From NCBI GenBank assembly GCA_965219585.1, contig CBDCOA010000003.1, positions 1,535,390 through 1,599,389 of the forward strand: a DNA stretch of 64,000 nt, read 5' to 3'. Below the pieces are notes generated by a model. The model was not told where the DNA came from. It did not search any database and saw only the letters and a list, made by a program, of their open reading frames with translations. The DNA is from Bryobacterales bacterium. Its GTDB lineage: Bacteria; Acidobacteriota; Terriglobia; Bryobacterales; UBA6623. The position numbers and the translations under genes were made by a program. Shown piece by piece: positions 48,327 through 60,300 of the stretch; the stretch's first letter is position 1, and the number at the start of each line of letters is the position of its first letter.

Positions 48327-48944
48327 TCAGCCCTTGGGGCGCGAGTTCAGTGCCTCGATCCAAGCCTCGGCCGTGAGGATGAGGGATTCGATAGCCGATC
48401 CCCGAACCGCTGCGCCGTCTACAAGCACCAGCCCGAGCACGGTGTCCCGCAGCACCAAGGGTATGGCCCGCAGCTCGGTGCTGTCCGAATAGCCCAGCCT
48501 GGACGCGAGCTGGTGAGACACGTTGTGCTGGCCTCCCGTGATGACCACCGCGTCCTTGGTCTCCACCGCATGGGCCAGGGCGGGGGCGGATGCGAGATCG
48601 AACGAGACTTGGCCCAGCTCGGCGGGAGATTCGCCGCCCGACGCGCGAAAGCCGGTCAGCCGGTCGCCGTCGTTGAGGAGCACCACCGCGCGGTCACAAA
48701 GCTGGCCGACCGAGTCGGCAAGCTCGACCAGCACTGCGGCGGCATCGCCCGCCGCACGAATCCGCCGCGTTGAGGCGGCGATTTGATCCAGCAGAGCGGC
48801 AGTGTCGGCGGCTGTCTTCGATGCAAGAGTGGCGAGGCGATCCTCGGCGACCCGCCCGGCCTCCTCGCCCAAGCGGGCCAGGTGTTCTTGGCAGATGGCG
48901 ATGATCTCTGCCCCCACCGCGGGAGTCTCTGCGTCTGACATCAA
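48327..48944 (-). CDS. Hypothetical protein with a GAF-like domain
   Basis: C-terminal AIPLVLRDTVLGLVLVD resembles a GAF strand. Confidence 0.55.
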   Translation of the reverse strand: MMSDAETPAVGAEIIAICQEHLARLGEEAGRVAEDRLATLASKTAADTAALLDQIAASTRRIRAAGDAAAVLVELADSVGQLCDRAVVLLNDGDRLTGFRASGGESPAELGQVSFDLASAPALAHAVETKDAVVITGGQHNVSHQLASRLGYSDSTELRAIPLVLRDTVLGLVLVDGAAVRGSAIESLILTAEAWIEALNSRPKG

Positions 48945-49047
48945 GAGGCTGGGAGCGGCACCATCCGCGAAATGCTATTGTATCGAAGGCCGGAGCCTTG
49001 GCTGCTATCAGCGCGGAGCCTACGCTCGCCCCTCCGGCCGCACTTCG

Positions 49048-49758
49048 ATGACAGATCTCAAGGGGCAGTGTGCCATCGTCACAGGCGGAACAAAGGGGAT
49101 CGGCTACTCCATCGCCGAGGCGTTGCTGGCGGAAGGGGCTCGCGTGGCGATTTGCGGCCGAAGCGCGGCCACGCTCTCCGCTGCCATCCGATCTCTGGGC
49201 ACGCAGGGCCGGATTGTTGGTCGTCCGTGCGATGTGGGCCAATGGGAACAGGTCAAGGAGTTCTTCTCCTTCGTCGACCAAGAGCTCGGCGACGTAGACA
49301 TCTTGGTAAACAACGCCGGCATAGGTCACTTCGGCGCGGTCGACGAACTTGCCCCCGAATTGTGGCGCGAGGTCATCGACACGAACCTGAGCGGGCCGTT
49401 CTACTGCTCCAAGCTGGCAGCGGCGCGCATGAAGCGGCGCGGCGGAGGGTTCATTCTCAATATCGGCAGCTTGGCAGGCAAGTACCCGTTCGCCACCGGC
49501 GCTGCTTACAACGCTTCCAAGTTCGGGCTGGCCGGTTTCACCGAAGCGATGATGCTGGACCTGCGCCACTCCAACATCCGCGTGAGCACGATCATGCCCG
49601 GCAGCGTGCAGACCGGGTTCAGGTCAGAAATCGAAGGTGCGGAATGGAAGCTCGACCCGGCAGCCATCGCATCCATGGCGATCCACCTCTTCAAGACGCC
49701 CGGTCGCAACCTCGCTAGTCGCATCGAAATGCGTCCCAGCCGGCCCCGGCGAAAGTAG
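49048..49758 (+). CDS. SDR-family oxidoreductase
   Basis: TGGTKGIG, NNAG and the catalytic YNASK. Confidence 0.93.
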   Translation: MTDLKGQCAIVTGGTKGIGYSIAEALLAEGARVAICGRSAATLSAAIRSLGTQGRIVGRPCDVGQWEQVKEFFSFVDQELGDVDILVNNAGIGHFGAVDELAPELWREVIDTNLSGPFYCSKLAAARMKRRGGGFILNIGSLAGKYPFATGAAYNASKFGLAGFTEAMMLDLRHSNIRVSTIMPGSVQTGFRSEIEGAEWKLDPAAIASMAIHLFKTPGRNLASRIEMRPSRPRRK

Positions 49759-49784
49759 CCCCGCAGTCAGCGCGGAAAGAACCC

Positions 49785-52433
49785 TTATCGGGCAGCGCCC
49801 TCGCCCACGATCTCGTAGACTCGCTCCAACGCGCCCGCTAGCGATTCGGGGTTCTTGCCGCCGGCTTCGGCCATGTCTGGACGCCCGCCCCCGCCCCCGC
49901 CGACCAGCTTGGCCACGGCAGAGACTACGCGGCCGGCATGGACCCGCGTCCCCGCAATATCCTTCGTGGCTGCCGAGATCAGCGCGACGCGTCCGTCCTT
50001 GACGGTTCCGAAAACTACCAATCCGGAACCCATTTTTTGGCGCACGGCATCGGCCAGCACGCGCAGCTGCTCGCGCTCCACGCCGTCCAGCTTTGCCGCG
50101 AGCACCTTCAGGCCGCCGATATCGCGCGCCCGGGCGACCAAATCATCCACGCTCGTCCTCGCCAGCTTCGCCTTCAGCTCGGCGATCTCGCGATCCTGCC
50201 GTCGTCGTTCGGCCACCAGACGTTCGACAGCCGGCGCCAGCCCGTCGTCCTGAACCCTGAGCAGCGCCGCCAGTTGCTGCACGCTGCCGGTGGCCTCGCG
50301 GTAGTGTCCGAAGGCGCCGGTGCCGGAAATCGCCTCGATTCGCCGCACGCCGGCGGCGCTGCTGGTCTCGCTGACCACCTTGAAGACGCCAATCTCACCA
50401 GTGCGGGCGACGTGGGTTCCGCCGCAAAGCTCCACGCTGAAGTCACCCACGCTGACAACCCGGACTTTGTCAAGGTACTTCTCGCCAAACAGGGCCATCG
50501 CGCCTTCGCGCACCGCCACATCCAGGTCCTTCACTTCTGTGACGACCTCGGTGTCGCGCATGACGTGCTCATTGACCAGGTCTTCGACATCCTCAAGTTC
50601 CCGGGCCTCGATTGGGGCGTAGTGCGTGATGTCGAAGCGCAGCCTCTCGGGATCGACGACGCTTCCGGCCTGCTTGACATGGGTGCCCAGCACCCGTCGC
50701 AGGGCGGCGTGCATCAAGTGAGTCGCCGTGTGGTTGCGCCGGGCCGCGTCCCGTCTTGATTCATCCACTCGGCCAGCCAGCCGGTCGCCGAGAGCTATGT
50801 CGCGCAAGACCTCGACACGATGCACGCTGGTCCCGCGCACCGGCGCTTGCACGTCCGAGACCGCAGCCACCGTTTCCGAACCGCGCGTGAGCACGCCGCG
50901 ATCACCGACCTGCCCGCCGGCTTCCGCATAGAACGGAGTGCGTTCCAAAACTACTTCGGCTCGCGAGCCAGCCTCGGCCACTTCGACGGCTTCCCCGTTC
51001 CGCAACAGCCCGGCCACGCGCAGTTCTTCTTCACTCGTGCGGTCGTAGCCCACAAAGACGGTCTTGCAGCGCCCGCAGAGATCGATCAGAGCAGGCGTTT
51101 CGGCCGCATCACCCTTCGCAGGGCCCTTCCAACTGGAGCGGGCGCGCGCCCGCTGGCCAGCCATCTCGGACTCGAAGCCCCGCAGGTCGATCTTGAGGTC
51201 GCGCTCGCGCGCCATCTCCTGCTGCTCGTCCATCGACAACCCGAACGTGTCGTATAACCGGAACGCGACCGAGCCTGGAATCACGCCGTCATCGAGCTTC
51301 TCGAGCGCACTCTCGAACTCCCGCTCGGCCACCGCGAAGTTGCGCTCGTAGCGCACTTCCTCGTCGCCCACGATCCGCTCGACGCGCCCGGACGACTCCT
51401 TCATCTCTGGATAGGCCGACTGCATCATCTCGGCGACGAAACCTGTCATCTGATGCAGGAACGGACCCTCGAAGCCGGCCAGCCTGGCGTGGCGGAGCGC
51501 CCTGCGGATGATCTTGCGCAGGACGTACCCCCTGCCCTCGTTGGCGGGCATCACGTCGTCATGCACCAGGAACGCCGCGGAGCGGCTGTGGTCGGCCACG
51601 ATCCGCAACGTGGTGTCCGTGGCGGGATCGGCTCCGTACCGGAGACCCAGCAACTCCCCGGCTCGATGAATGATCGGCTGGAACAGGTCGGTGTCGAAGT
51701 TGGACAGCTTGCCCTGCAGCACAGCAGCCGTCCGCTCTAGGCCCATGCCGGTATCGATCGACGGCCTGGGCAGGGGGTGAAGCTCGCCGTGCTCGTCACG
51801 GTTGAACTGCATGAAGACGAGATTCCAGATCTCGACGTAGCGGGACACCTCCGCCGGGAACGGGTCATCCGGCTCCCCAGGCTCGAGGCCCTCGGGGCCG
51901 TAGTCGTAGAAGATCTCCGAGCACGGCCCGCAGGGCCCGGTGTCGCCCATCTGCCAGAAGTTGTCCTTCTCGCCGCACCGCTTGATGCGCTCCAACGGGA
52001 CTCCCGCGACCTTCGTCCAGAGCCGCTCGGCATCGTCGTCATCGCGGAAGACGGTGACATACAGCCGGTCTTTGGGCAAGCCGTAGACCTGCGTGACCAG
52101 TTCCCAGGCGAAACGGATAGCGTCTTCCTTGAAGTAGTCGCCGAACGAGAAGTTGCCCAGCATCTCGAAGAACGTGTGGTGTCGCCGCGTGCGGCCCACG
52201 TTCTCTAGGTCGTTATGCTTGCCGCCGGCCCGGACGCACTTTTGCGAAGTGGTCGCGCGCGCGTAGGGGCGCCGTTCGTCCCCGGTGAAGACATCCTTGA
52301 ACTGGTTCATCCCGGCGTTGGCGAACAGCAGTGTCGGGTCGTTTGCCGGCACTAGCGAGGAGCTGGGGACCCTGCGGTGCCCCTTCGTCTCGAAGTAGTG
52401 CAAGAACTGCTCGCGGATTTCTTCGCCAGTCAT
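49785..52433 (-). CDS. alaS: Alanine--tRNA ligase
   Basis: NAGMNQFK, HHTFFEMLGNFSFGDYFK, IDTGMGLER, HTATHL, ELCGGTH and GGGGGRPDMAEAGG. Confidence 0.98.
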   Translation of the reverse strand: MTGEEIREQFLHYFETKGHRRVPSSSLVPANDPTLLFANAGMNQFKDVFTGDERRPYARATTSQKCVRAGGKHNDLENVGRTRRHHTFFEMLGNFSFGDYFKEDAIRFAWELVTQVYGLPKDRLYVTVFRDDDDAERLWTKVAGVPLERIKRCGEKDNFWQMGDTGPCGPCSEIFYDYGPEGLEPGEPDDPFPAEVSRYVEIWNLVFMQFNRDEHGELHPLPRPSIDTGMGLERTAAVLQGKLSNFDTDLFQPIIHRAGELLGLRYGADPATDTTLRIVADHSRSAAFLVHDDVMPANEGRGYVLRKIIRRALRHARLAGFEGPFLHQMTGFVAEMMQSAYPEMKESSGRVERIVGDEEVRYERNFAVAEREFESALEKLDDGVIPGSVAFRLYDTFGLSMDEQQEMARERDLKIDLRGFESEMAGQRARARSSWKGPAKGDAAETPALIDLCGRCKTVFVGYDRTSEEELRVAGLLRNGEAVEVAEAGSRAEVVLERTPFYAEAGGQVGDRGVLTRGSETVAAVSDVQAPVRGTSVHRVEVLRDIALGDRLAGRVDESRRDAARRNHTATHLMHAALRRVLGTHVKQAGSVVDPERLRFDITHYAPIEARELEDVEDLVNEHVMRDTEVVTEVKDLDVAVREGAMALFGEKYLDKVRVVSVGDFSVELCGGTHVARTGEIGVFKVVSETSSAAGVRRIEAISGTGAFGHYREATGSVQQLAALLRVQDDGLAPAVERLVAERRRQDREIAELKAKLARTSVDDLVARARDIGGLKVLAAKLDGVEREQLRVLADAVRQKMGSGLVVFGTVKDGRVALISAATKDIAGTRVHAGRVVSAVAKLVGGGGGGRPDMAEAGGKNPESLAGALERVYEIVGEGAAR

Positions 52434-52577
52434 GAAGGACAGTGCCGAGCCCCTCGCCTTGGGGCAGACTCCCATTCTAGTGCCGACGCGGGCAGTCTCG
52501 AATCAAGCGGCAGGACAACCGGGGCGGGCCGGGCGGTCCTCGCCCGGCGCGCGCGGGAACCGGCCAGATGCCCCCGT

Positions 52578-53216
52578 TCAGCGGCGCAGCCGCATCCACT
52601 GAGCCATGTTGCGGGGGGTGATGCCAGAAATCGCCGAAACGCTGTCGGCGCCCGCGGCCAAGACCTCGCGTGCGTTGGAAAGCGTAATGCCGCCTATCGC
52701 GACCAAGGGCTTGGCGGTCATTGAACGCGCCTCGCGTATGCCCTCGATTCCGACCACCGGGTCTGGGTTCCGCTTGCTGGACGTGCGGAAGGCCGGACCG
52801 ATCGCTAGGTAGTCCGCCCACCGGCACGCATCGTCCGAGAGCTGGCCAGCATTGTGCGTCGAGTATCCCAACAGGATGTCCGGGCCGATCAGCCGCCGCA
52901 CGTCTGCAGGCGGCAGGTCGTCTTGCCCGACATGGACGCCGTCGGCGTCCAAGGCCAGCGCGATGTCCGCCCGGTCATTGACCACGAAAGCGACCCCGGC
53001 CTGGCGCAGGACCTCGCCCGCCGCACGGGCTTCCTCGAATTGCCGCCGCCCGAACTCGCCCTTGTGCCGGTATTGCACGATGCGCGCACCTGCAATTGCG
53101 AGAGCGCTCGCAATTCGTGCAGGGTCGCTCCCGGCCGACCCCGTGGCATCTGAATCGATGATGGGATAGACCACCGGGAAATCGGCAAGAAACGCCGACC
53201 TGAGCCGCGTGTCCAT
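52578..53216 (-). CDS. thiE: Thiamine-phosphate synthase
   Basis: QYRHK, VNDRAD, GVHVGQDD, GYSTH and VAIGGIT. Confidence 0.9.
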   Translation of the reverse strand: MDTRLRSAFLADFPVVYPIIDSDATGSAGSDPARIASALAIAGARIVQYRHKGEFGRRQFEEARAAGEVLRQAGVAFVVNDRADIALALDADGVHVGQDDLPPADVRRLIGPDILLGYSTHNAGQLSDDACRWADYLAIGPAFRTSSKRNPDPVVGIEGIREARSMTAKPLVAIGGITLSNAREVLAAGADSVSAISGITPRNMAQWMRLRR

Positions 53217-53250
53217 GTTCGGCCTCGATGCCGTCGCAAGCGGGAACGGC

Positions 53251-53832
53251 CTACCCGATTTCGAGGATTTCCCTCTCCTTCGCTGCTCCCGCCGCATTGA
53301 TGCGCTTGACTGCGTCATCGGTGGTCTTCTGGATCAGGTCATGGCCGCGCTTGCCGTCGTCCTCGGAGATGGCCTTGTCCTTCTCGAGCTGCTTGATCGC
53401 TTCGTTGGCATCGCGGCGGATGTTGCGCACGGCCACCCTGTGCTGCTCAACGACATCGTGAAGCCGCTTGACGAGATCCTGGCGGCGCTCCGCGGTCAAA
53501 GGCGGCACGGCCAAGCGGATGATCTTGCCGTCATTGGCAGGATTGATGCCAAGGTCGGACAGCTGAATGGCCTTCTCAATGGCACCCAACTGCGTGATGT
53601 CCCATGGCTGGATCGTGAGCGTCGTCGGATTCGGCGTGGCCAGCGTCGCCATCTGGCTCAGGGGCGTGGACGTGCCGTAGTAGTCGACCTTGATCGGATC
53701 CAGCAAGGCGATCGAGGCGCGCCCGGTGCGAATCGTGGACATCGCCCGGGAAAGGTCTTGAACCGATTTCTCCATCCGCGCGCCTGCCTCGGTGTTAACC
53801 TCGGCGACGTTCTCTCCGTGGATGTGGGTCAT
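53251..53832 (-). CDS. frr: Ribosome recycling factor
   Basis: IRTGRAS, DLGINPANDG, PPLTAERR and VRNIRRDA. Confidence 0.97.
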   Translation of the reverse strand: MTHIHGENVAEVNTEAGARMEKSVQDLSRAMSTIRTGRASIALLDPIKVDYYGTSTPLSQMATLATPNPTTLTIQPWDITQLGAIEKAIQLSDLGINPANDGKIIRLAVPPLTAERRQDLVKRLHDVVEQHRVAVRNIRRDANEAIKQLEKDKAISEDDGKRGHDLIQKTTDDAVKRINAAGAAKEREILEIG

Positions 53833-53859
53833 GCGCTTCTCTCCTTTGTCTCATACAGC

Positions 53860-54567
53860 CTAGGACATCAGCGTGCCGGGAGTCTCGCCACGCGCCACGC
53901 GTGCCAAGACACCCTCTTCGTCCAGTCCGAAGACCAGCACTCGGAGGGAGTGGTCGCGGCACATGGCCACTGCCGTGGCGTCCATCACGGCCAGCCTCTC
54001 AGCCAGCACTTGGTCGTACGACACGGTCCCGAACGCCTTCGCATCCGGGTGAAGCGCGGGATCCTTGTCGTAGACCCCCCCGACCTTGGTGCCCTTGGCC
54101 AGCACGTCGGCCCCGATTTCGACCGCGCGCAGGGAAGCGGCGGTGTCAGTGGTGAAGTATGGGTTGCCGGTGCCCCCGGCCAGCAAGACCACCTCGCCCT
54201 GCTCAAGGGCCGCGACGGCCGCCCCGCGGCCGTAGGGCTCGGCCACGGCCGAACACGGAATGGCGCTCAGCACCCTGCTCGGCGTTTCCGCTGCGCGAAG
54301 GGCTTCGGCCAGCGCCAGCGAGTTGATCAAGGTGGCGAGCATGCCCATGTGGTCGGCTGTCGTGCGCTCGATACCCGCTCCGGCGAGCGCCGCCCCGCGC
54401 ACGAAATTGCCCGCACCGAGCACCAGCGCAACCTCGGCGCCTTCGGAGCGCGCCGAGGCAATCTCGCCCGCGAGCCAATCCAGGCGGGCCCGGGCGATGC
54501 CGCAAGCGTCCGGGCCGGCAAGCATTTCGCCCGACAGCTTGAACAGGACTCGGCGCGGCTTGTACAT
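53860..54567 (-). CDS. pyrH: UMP kinase
   Basis: KLSGE, DHMGMLAT, GNPYFTTD and VMDATA. Confidence 0.96.
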   Translation of the reverse strand: MYKPRRVLFKLSGEMLAGPDACGIARARLDWLAGEIASARSEGAEVALVLGAGNFVRGAALAGAGIERTTADHMGMLATLINSLALAEALRAAETPSRVLSAIPCSAVAEPYGRGAAVAALEQGEVVLLAGGTGNPYFTTDTAASLRAVEIGADVLAKGTKVGGVYDKDPALHPDAKAFGTVSYDQVLAERLAVMDATAVAMCRDHSLRVLVFGLDEEGVLARVARGETPGTLMS

Positions 54568-54623
54568 GGTCAGGGCGGCCCCATGATAGCCCGGCTGAAG
54601 GCAGGGCTCTTACTGGCTCGGCC

Positions 54624-55226
54624 CTACGAGTCCTCGCCGACCTTGAAGCGCTGGAAGCGCCGGATGGCCATGTTCTCTCCCAGCTTGGCGATGTTGGTCT
54701 GGAGCAAGCTGGAGATGGTCGTGGAAGGATCCTTGACGAACGGCTGGTCTACCAGCACGATCTCCTCGTAGAACTTGCCCATGCGGCCATCGACGATCCG
54801 ATCGACGACGGCTGCAGGCTTGCCTTCCTGCAAGGCACGGTCGCGCTGGATCTGGCGCTCCTTGTCCACGATCTCCGCCGGCACCTGCTCGCGAGTGATG
54901 TAGTGCGGATCGGCGGCCGCGATCTGCATCGCGATGTCCTTGACAAGCTGCTGGAAGTCGTCCGTGCGCGCCACGAAATCGGACTCGCAGTTCACTTCGA
55001 CCAGCACGCCGAGCTTGGCACCGGCATGAATGTAGCTGCCGACCACGCCCTCGTTGGCGGCCCGGCCGCTCTTCTTCTGGGCGATCGCCACGCCGCGCTT
55101 GCGCAGCGCGATCTCGGCAGCAGTGAGATCGCCGCCGGCATCGACCAAAGCCTTCTTGCACTCCATGAAACCGGCGCCGCTCTTGTCGCGCAGTTCCTTG
55201 ACTAGCTTTGCGCTAACTTCCGCCAT
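54624..55226 (-). CDS. tsf: Elongation factor Ts (short form)
   Basis: VKELRDKSGAGFMECKKAL and EVNCESDFVA. Confidence 0.97.
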   Translation of the reverse strand: MAEVSAKLVKELRDKSGAGFMECKKALVDAGGDLTAAEIALRKRGVAIAQKKSGRAANEGVVGSYIHAGAKLGVLVEVNCESDFVARTDDFQQLVKDIAMQIAAADPHYITREQVPAEIVDKERQIQRDRALQEGKPAAVVDRIVDGRMGKFYEEIVLVDQPFVKDPSTTISSLLQTNIAKLGENMAIRRFQRFKVGEDS

Positions 55227-55270
55227 TGCATGCCTCCCCTAGAGAATCTTCCGTCGAGACCGGCCTGCGC

Positions 55271-56050
55271 CTACTCGCCGACCGCGGACAAGCCGACGCG
55301 GTCGTCCGCCAGCGCGCCAGCCGAATCGACGCTCTCATCGTCCGCCGGCTCGTCCTCGGGCGGCGGGATGGCGGCCCTGCCTTCGAGGACCGCGTCCGCC
55401 ACCCTGTTGGTGAACAGCGAAATCGACCGCAGAGCGTCGTCGTTGCCGGGGATCACGTAGTCCACCTCGTCCGGGTTGGAGTTCGTGTCCACAACCGCGA
55501 TGACGGGGATGTTGAGCTTGCGCGCCTCGTGCACGGCGATCTCTTCTTTGCGCGTGTCGATGATGAAGACCATGTCTGGCAAGCCCGGCATGTCCTTGAT
55601 GCCCGCGATGTTGGCTGCCAGCGCCTTGCGCTCGCGCTCGAGGCGCGAGATTTCCTTCTTGCTGCGCCCCTCGTAGCCATCTTCCTCGGCGAGCCGCTGG
55701 AGTTCCTTAAAGCGCTCAAGCGACTTCTGCACCGTGACCCAGTTGGTCAGCAACCCGCCGAGCCAGCGATGGTTGACGTAGTACATGCCGCAGCGCCGGG
55801 CCTCCTCGGCCACGGCCTCCTGGGCCTGGCGCTTGGTGCCGACAAACAGCATCGTCTTGCCCAGGGCGGCTTGCTCGCCGATGAACTGCAGCGCTTCCTT
55901 GAAGTTTTTCAGGGTCTTCTGCAGGTCAATGATGTGGATGTTGTTGCGTTCGCCGAAGATGAACTCCTTCATCCTCGGATTCCAGTGCCTGGTCTGGTGC
56001 CCGAAATGAACGCCGGCTTCGAGCAATTCCTTCATGGTGATTTGCGGCAC
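55271..56050 (-). CDS. rpsB: 30S ribosomal protein S2
   Basis: [26 protein letters not shown] and PGNDDA. Confidence 0.98.
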   Translation of the reverse strand: MPQITMKELLEAGVHFGHQTRHWNPRMKEFIFGERNNIHIIDLQKTLKNFKEALQFIGEQAALGKTMLFVGTKRQAQEAVAEEARRCGMYYVNHRWLGGLLTNWVTVQKSLERFKELQRLAEEDGYEGRSKKEISRLERERKALAANIAGIKDMPGLPDMVFIIDTRKEEIAVHEARKLNIPVIAVVDTNSNPDEVDYVIPGNDDALRSISLFTNRVADAVLEGRAAIPPPEDEPADDESVDSAGALADDRVGLSAVGE

Positions 56051-56160
56051 GGTACCTCCGTTGACGGCTGTGCGCGGGTCTGCGGCGGCTTGCTACAAGC
56101 CGCCCCGAACGACCGCGACCTTCCAAGCAGGATTTGGCCACGGACGCTGTGTGTGCTTGA
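56051..56160 (-). promoter_or_regulatory. Probable S2 autoregulatory leader (t44-like)
   Basis: A roughly 120-nt spacer before rpsB. On the minus strand it starts with CACACAC, contains the hairpin GCGGCTTG-TAG-CAAGCCGC and ends at GGAGG. Confidence 0.5.
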
Positions 56161-56172
56161 TTCGATCCCCAA

Positions 56173-56568
56173 CTAGCGCTTCGAGTATTGGAACCGCTTG
56201 CGAGCGCCGGGCCTGCCGTACTTCTTGCGCTCGTGCTTGCGCGGGTCGCGAGTCAGGTAGCCGCCCTTCTTGAGCAGCGGCCGCAACTCGCTGTTGAACT
56301 CCTGCAGGGCGCGGGCGATGCCCAGGCGGACGGCGTCAGCCTGGCCCGCCTTGCCGCCGCCGTGGACCCGAATCAGCGCGTCGAACTTGCCATCCGTCTC
56401 GCTGGCCAGCAGCGGCTGGCGCACCTTGGCCTTGAGGGACTCCGTCGGGAAGTACTGTTCCGGCGACTGCTCGTTGATCTGGATCTTGCCCGCCCCCGGG
56501 CGCAGGAACACACGGGCGATGGCGCTCTTGCGCCGACCCGTCCCCAACCACTGTGTTTGATTCGGCAA
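56173..56568 (-). CDS. rpsI: 30S ribosomal protein S9
   Basis: [20 protein letters not shown] and C-terminal [11 protein letters not shown]. Confidence 0.98.
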   Translation of the reverse strand: MPNQTQWLGTGRRKSAIARVFLRPGAGKIQINEQSPEQYFPTESLKAKVRQPLLASETDGKFDALIRVHGGGKAGQADAVRLGIARALQEFNSELRPLLKKGGYLTRDPRKHERKKYGRPGARKRFQYSKR

Positions 56569-56607
56569 AACGATGACTCCTGTTCCCGCTGACTGCGCTA
56601 CAGCCGG

Positions 56608-57042
56608 CTAAAAGGTCCACGGCTTCGGCTGCTGCGCCTGGTGCGGATGGTCTGCGCCGGCGTACACCTTGAGCCGCGCCTTGAGCTGCCGGCCGAGCTT
56701 GTTCTTCGGCAGCATGCCCGCCACTGCGCGCTCCACCAAGCGTTCCGGGTGCTTCTCGCGCACCTCCCTGGCCGTCTCCTGCCTGATGCCGCCCGGGTAG
56801 CCAGTGTGCCGGTAGTAGATCTTGTCCGTCTCTTTCTTGCCGGTCAGGCAGACCTTTTCGGCGTTGACGACGACGACGAAGTCGCCGGTCTTCATGAACG
56901 GGGTGAAGTTAGGCTTGTGCTTGCCCCGCAGCAGCGTCGCGGCCTGCGTGGCCAAGCGGCCCAGGGGCTTGTCTTCGGCGTCCATGACGTACCAGTCATG
57001 GGTCAGCTCGGACGCTTTGGGGACGTACGTCTTGTTCGACAT
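56608..57042 (-). CDS. rplM: 50S ribosomal protein L13
   Basis: [33 protein letters not shown] and HPHQAQQP. Confidence 0.98.
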   Translation of the reverse strand: MSNKTYVPKASELTHDWYVMDAEDKPLGRLATQAATLLRGKHKPNFTPFMKTGDFVVVVNAEKVCLTGKKETDKIYYRHTGYPGGIRQETAREVREKHPERLVERAVAGMLPKNKLGRQLKARLKVYAGADHPHQAQQPKPWTF

Positions 57043-57342
57043 TTCCGAAACGATGCACGAAGCGGGGCCGCTCCGCGAGTATTCATGGTACCGCGCCGGC
57101 GCTGTGCAGGTCAAACTCGGGGCTGGCTGAAAACGGCCCGGAACGGCGGAGCCGGGGAGCTTCGCAGCTCGTGGCCGGGCCAGCCGCACGAGCATACGGC
57201 GCGTCTTGCGATGTGCTAGCATTGTGACTGGTCTTTGGTTAATCGCTACAGTAACCGGCCGGTCTTTCGCTGAGCTCGGAACTGTGGCGCATCGACCTAT
57301 TGGTGAGGGACTGAAGTCTTTACCTAGGAGGACAAGACGAGG

Positions 57343-60300
57343 ATGACTACACTACCCCGCGCAGGCTGGCTGGCCGCCGGCATGCTTGCGATTATCGGGT
57401 TGATCGCTCCGTCCGCTACCGCCCAGTTGATCCAAGGCGGGATCGACGGGTTGGTGACGGACACCACGGACGCCGCAATCGTCGGCGCCGAGGTCACGAT
57501 CACAAACGAAGACACGGGCCAAGTCCGTGAAACAACAACCGGCGCTGCTGGCAACTACAGCTTCGCGACCGTGAACACCGGCAACTACACCGTCACGGTG
57601 CGCTCGGACGGGTTCCAGGCGTCCACGACGACCGGAGTCGTGGTTTCACAGAACAACGTCACGCGCGTCAACGCGAGTCTGGAGATCGGCCAAGTTACCG
57701 AGGTCGTAACCGTCGAGGCCTCGGCCGCGACGCTCCAGACCGATCGCGCCGAAGTTCGGCAAGAGGTCACCGAGACAACCCTTAGGAACGTCCCAGTGCC
57801 GCTCGGCCGGAACTACCAAATGCTGTTCGTGACGCTGCCGGGCTTCTCGCCCCCGCAGAACGCGCACTCCGTGCCGACGAATCCGACCCGCGCCGTGCGC
57901 TTCTCGGTCAACGGCACGAGCCGCTCCAACAACAACACCCGCATCGACGGCGCTTCGTCGACCAACATCTGGGTGCCCCACATGACGGGCTACAATCCCG
58001 CGCTCGAATCGATCGAGACGGTCAACGTTGTGACGAATTCCTTCGACGCCGAGCAAGGCCTTGCCGGCGGCGCGGCGATCAACCTGCAGATCAAGTCGGG
58101 CACCAATGAAGTCCACGGCTCCGCATTCGAGTACCACATGAACCAGCACTTGAAGGCGTATCCGTTCTTCAGCAATCGTAGCTCTGCCCAGCCGAAGCTG
58201 ATCAACAACCAGTTCGGCGGCACGGTCGGCGGCCCGATCAAGAAGAACAAGTGGTTCTACTTCCTCAGCTACGAAGGCACGTATGAGTCGCGCTTCGCGC
58301 AGCGGTTCATCGACATGCCGACGAACGCGATGCGGTTCGGCGATCTATCGGGATCTCCTACGCCGATCTACGATCCCCTGACCGGGATTCAGGACATGCT
58401 CGACTCCGGGTACGCGCGCGACAGGGAACCGTTCCCGGGGAATATGGTGCCCAGGAGTCGGATCGATTCAGGCGTGTCCGCCATGATCCATGACCCGGCG
58501 TTCCCCGACCCCAACAACGTTGGCAACCTGCTGGGCGGAAACGGCGGCTCGCTGGGGCTGGGGCAAAACCATGTTGCGGACGGTTCAACGACATTCTTCC
58601 GCGACACGGTGGATGCCAAGACGAACTTCAACCTCAGCCCGACCCTGACCGGCTTCATTCGGTTCAGTTTCCTCGACTACCGCATGGCGAACGCTCAAAC
58701 GCTCGGGCCGTTCGGCGGCAACCGGCTGCACCCGACAAACTCGAACCCCGGCACGGGCTTCGGCAACACATACTCGGGCACGATCTCGGTCACGAAGGTC
58801 GTCTCGCCGACCTTCATCGTCGATGGCTATTACGGCTACACGTTGGTCGACACAAACGTCGAGCAGCAGCGGCTGGACGAGAACCTCGGCTGGTCCGTGA
58901 TGCAGATCCCGGGCTTGCAGTCCAACCGTTTTATCGACGGCGGATGGCCGCGCTTGCGCATCGATGGCTTCGAAGGCTTGGGAATGTCCAACAGCTTCCA
59001 GCCGTACTACCGCTCGGACCCACAGAACCAGTTCGTGCTAAATGGCAACTGGACCAAGGGCACTCACAACATCCGCTTCGGAACAGACATCTACCTGCAG
59101 GATCTGGACCACAACCAGCCCGAGTTCTCGGGAGGCACCGGTGCCGCTTCGGGCGAGTTCCGCTTCCGCCAGAACACGACTGAACGCCGCGGCGGTGAAA
59201 GCGGCAACGACTACAACGCCCATGCGGCATGGCTGCTCGGGTTTCCGCAGAACGCCGGCAAGATCTGGCAGTTCAACGAGAACGGTTACTTCACGCGGAC
59301 GAGGCTGCTCAGCTTCTATGTGCGCGACCGCTGGCAGATCACGCCCAAGCTGACCATGTCCTATGGCGTGCGCTACGAGATCTTCCCGTTCCCGACCCGC
59401 GCGTCGCGAGGCTTGGAGCGATATGACTTCTCCAACAACACGATCTGGGCATGCGGGGTCGGGAACATTCCGAAAGACTGCGGCATTGATGTCGGCAAGC
59501 ACAACTTCGTGCCGCGCGTCGGACTTGCCTACCGCGTGGATGACGACACGGTGTTGCGCGTGGGCTACGGCGTCACCGTGGATCCGTTCAACTGGGCGCG
59601 GCCGCTGCGCACGAACTTCCCGATCATGGCCAAGGACGGCCCCGGCCTGCCGAACAGCTTCGGCTACTCGACCACCCTCCGGCAGGGCTTGGAGGTGATC
59701 AACGAGCCGTCGCTCGGAGATGGCGTTCTCGACCTTCCGTTGAACACGGTGGTTCGCACGATGGATACGGAAAACCTCACAAGGGGCTACATCCAGTCAT
59801 GGAACTTCACCCTCGAGCGGCGCTTCGGCAACTGGATCGCGACAGCCGGCTACGTGGCGACCCGCTCGGTCAACCAGCTCGCCGGCTTGGACCAGAACTG
59901 GGGCGACATCGGCGAGGGCAACCCGGGCCGACAGCTCAACAAGCTCTGGGGCCGGGCCGCGACGACGACATTGTTCGGCAGCCTCGGGACCGCCAAGTAC
60001 GATTCCCTGCAGACCAAGCTCGAGCGCCGGTTCAGCAACGGCGTGCAGGTGAACCTGGCGTATACGTGGGCGCACGGCCGGGGCTACACGGATGAGGACT
60101 CGGGGGATGGCCCTGGGTTCTTCCGGATCCCTCGCTTCTACGATCGGACCTACGGGGACCTCAACCAGGACGTACGGCAGAACTTCCAGATGACCTTCAT
60201 CTACGAGACCCCGTTCGGCAAGGGCAAGAACCTGCTTGTTGACAGCCCGCTGGGCATGATCTTGGGCGGATGGCAGATCAACGGGCTCATGAGCGCATAC

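Noticed and set aside
52542-52564. Near-repeat of GCCCGGCGCGCGGGAACCGGC (8539-8559)
   Set aside because: There are only two copies, the sequence is very GC-rich, the match needs a 2-nt gap and the contexts differ. Chance cannot be excluded.
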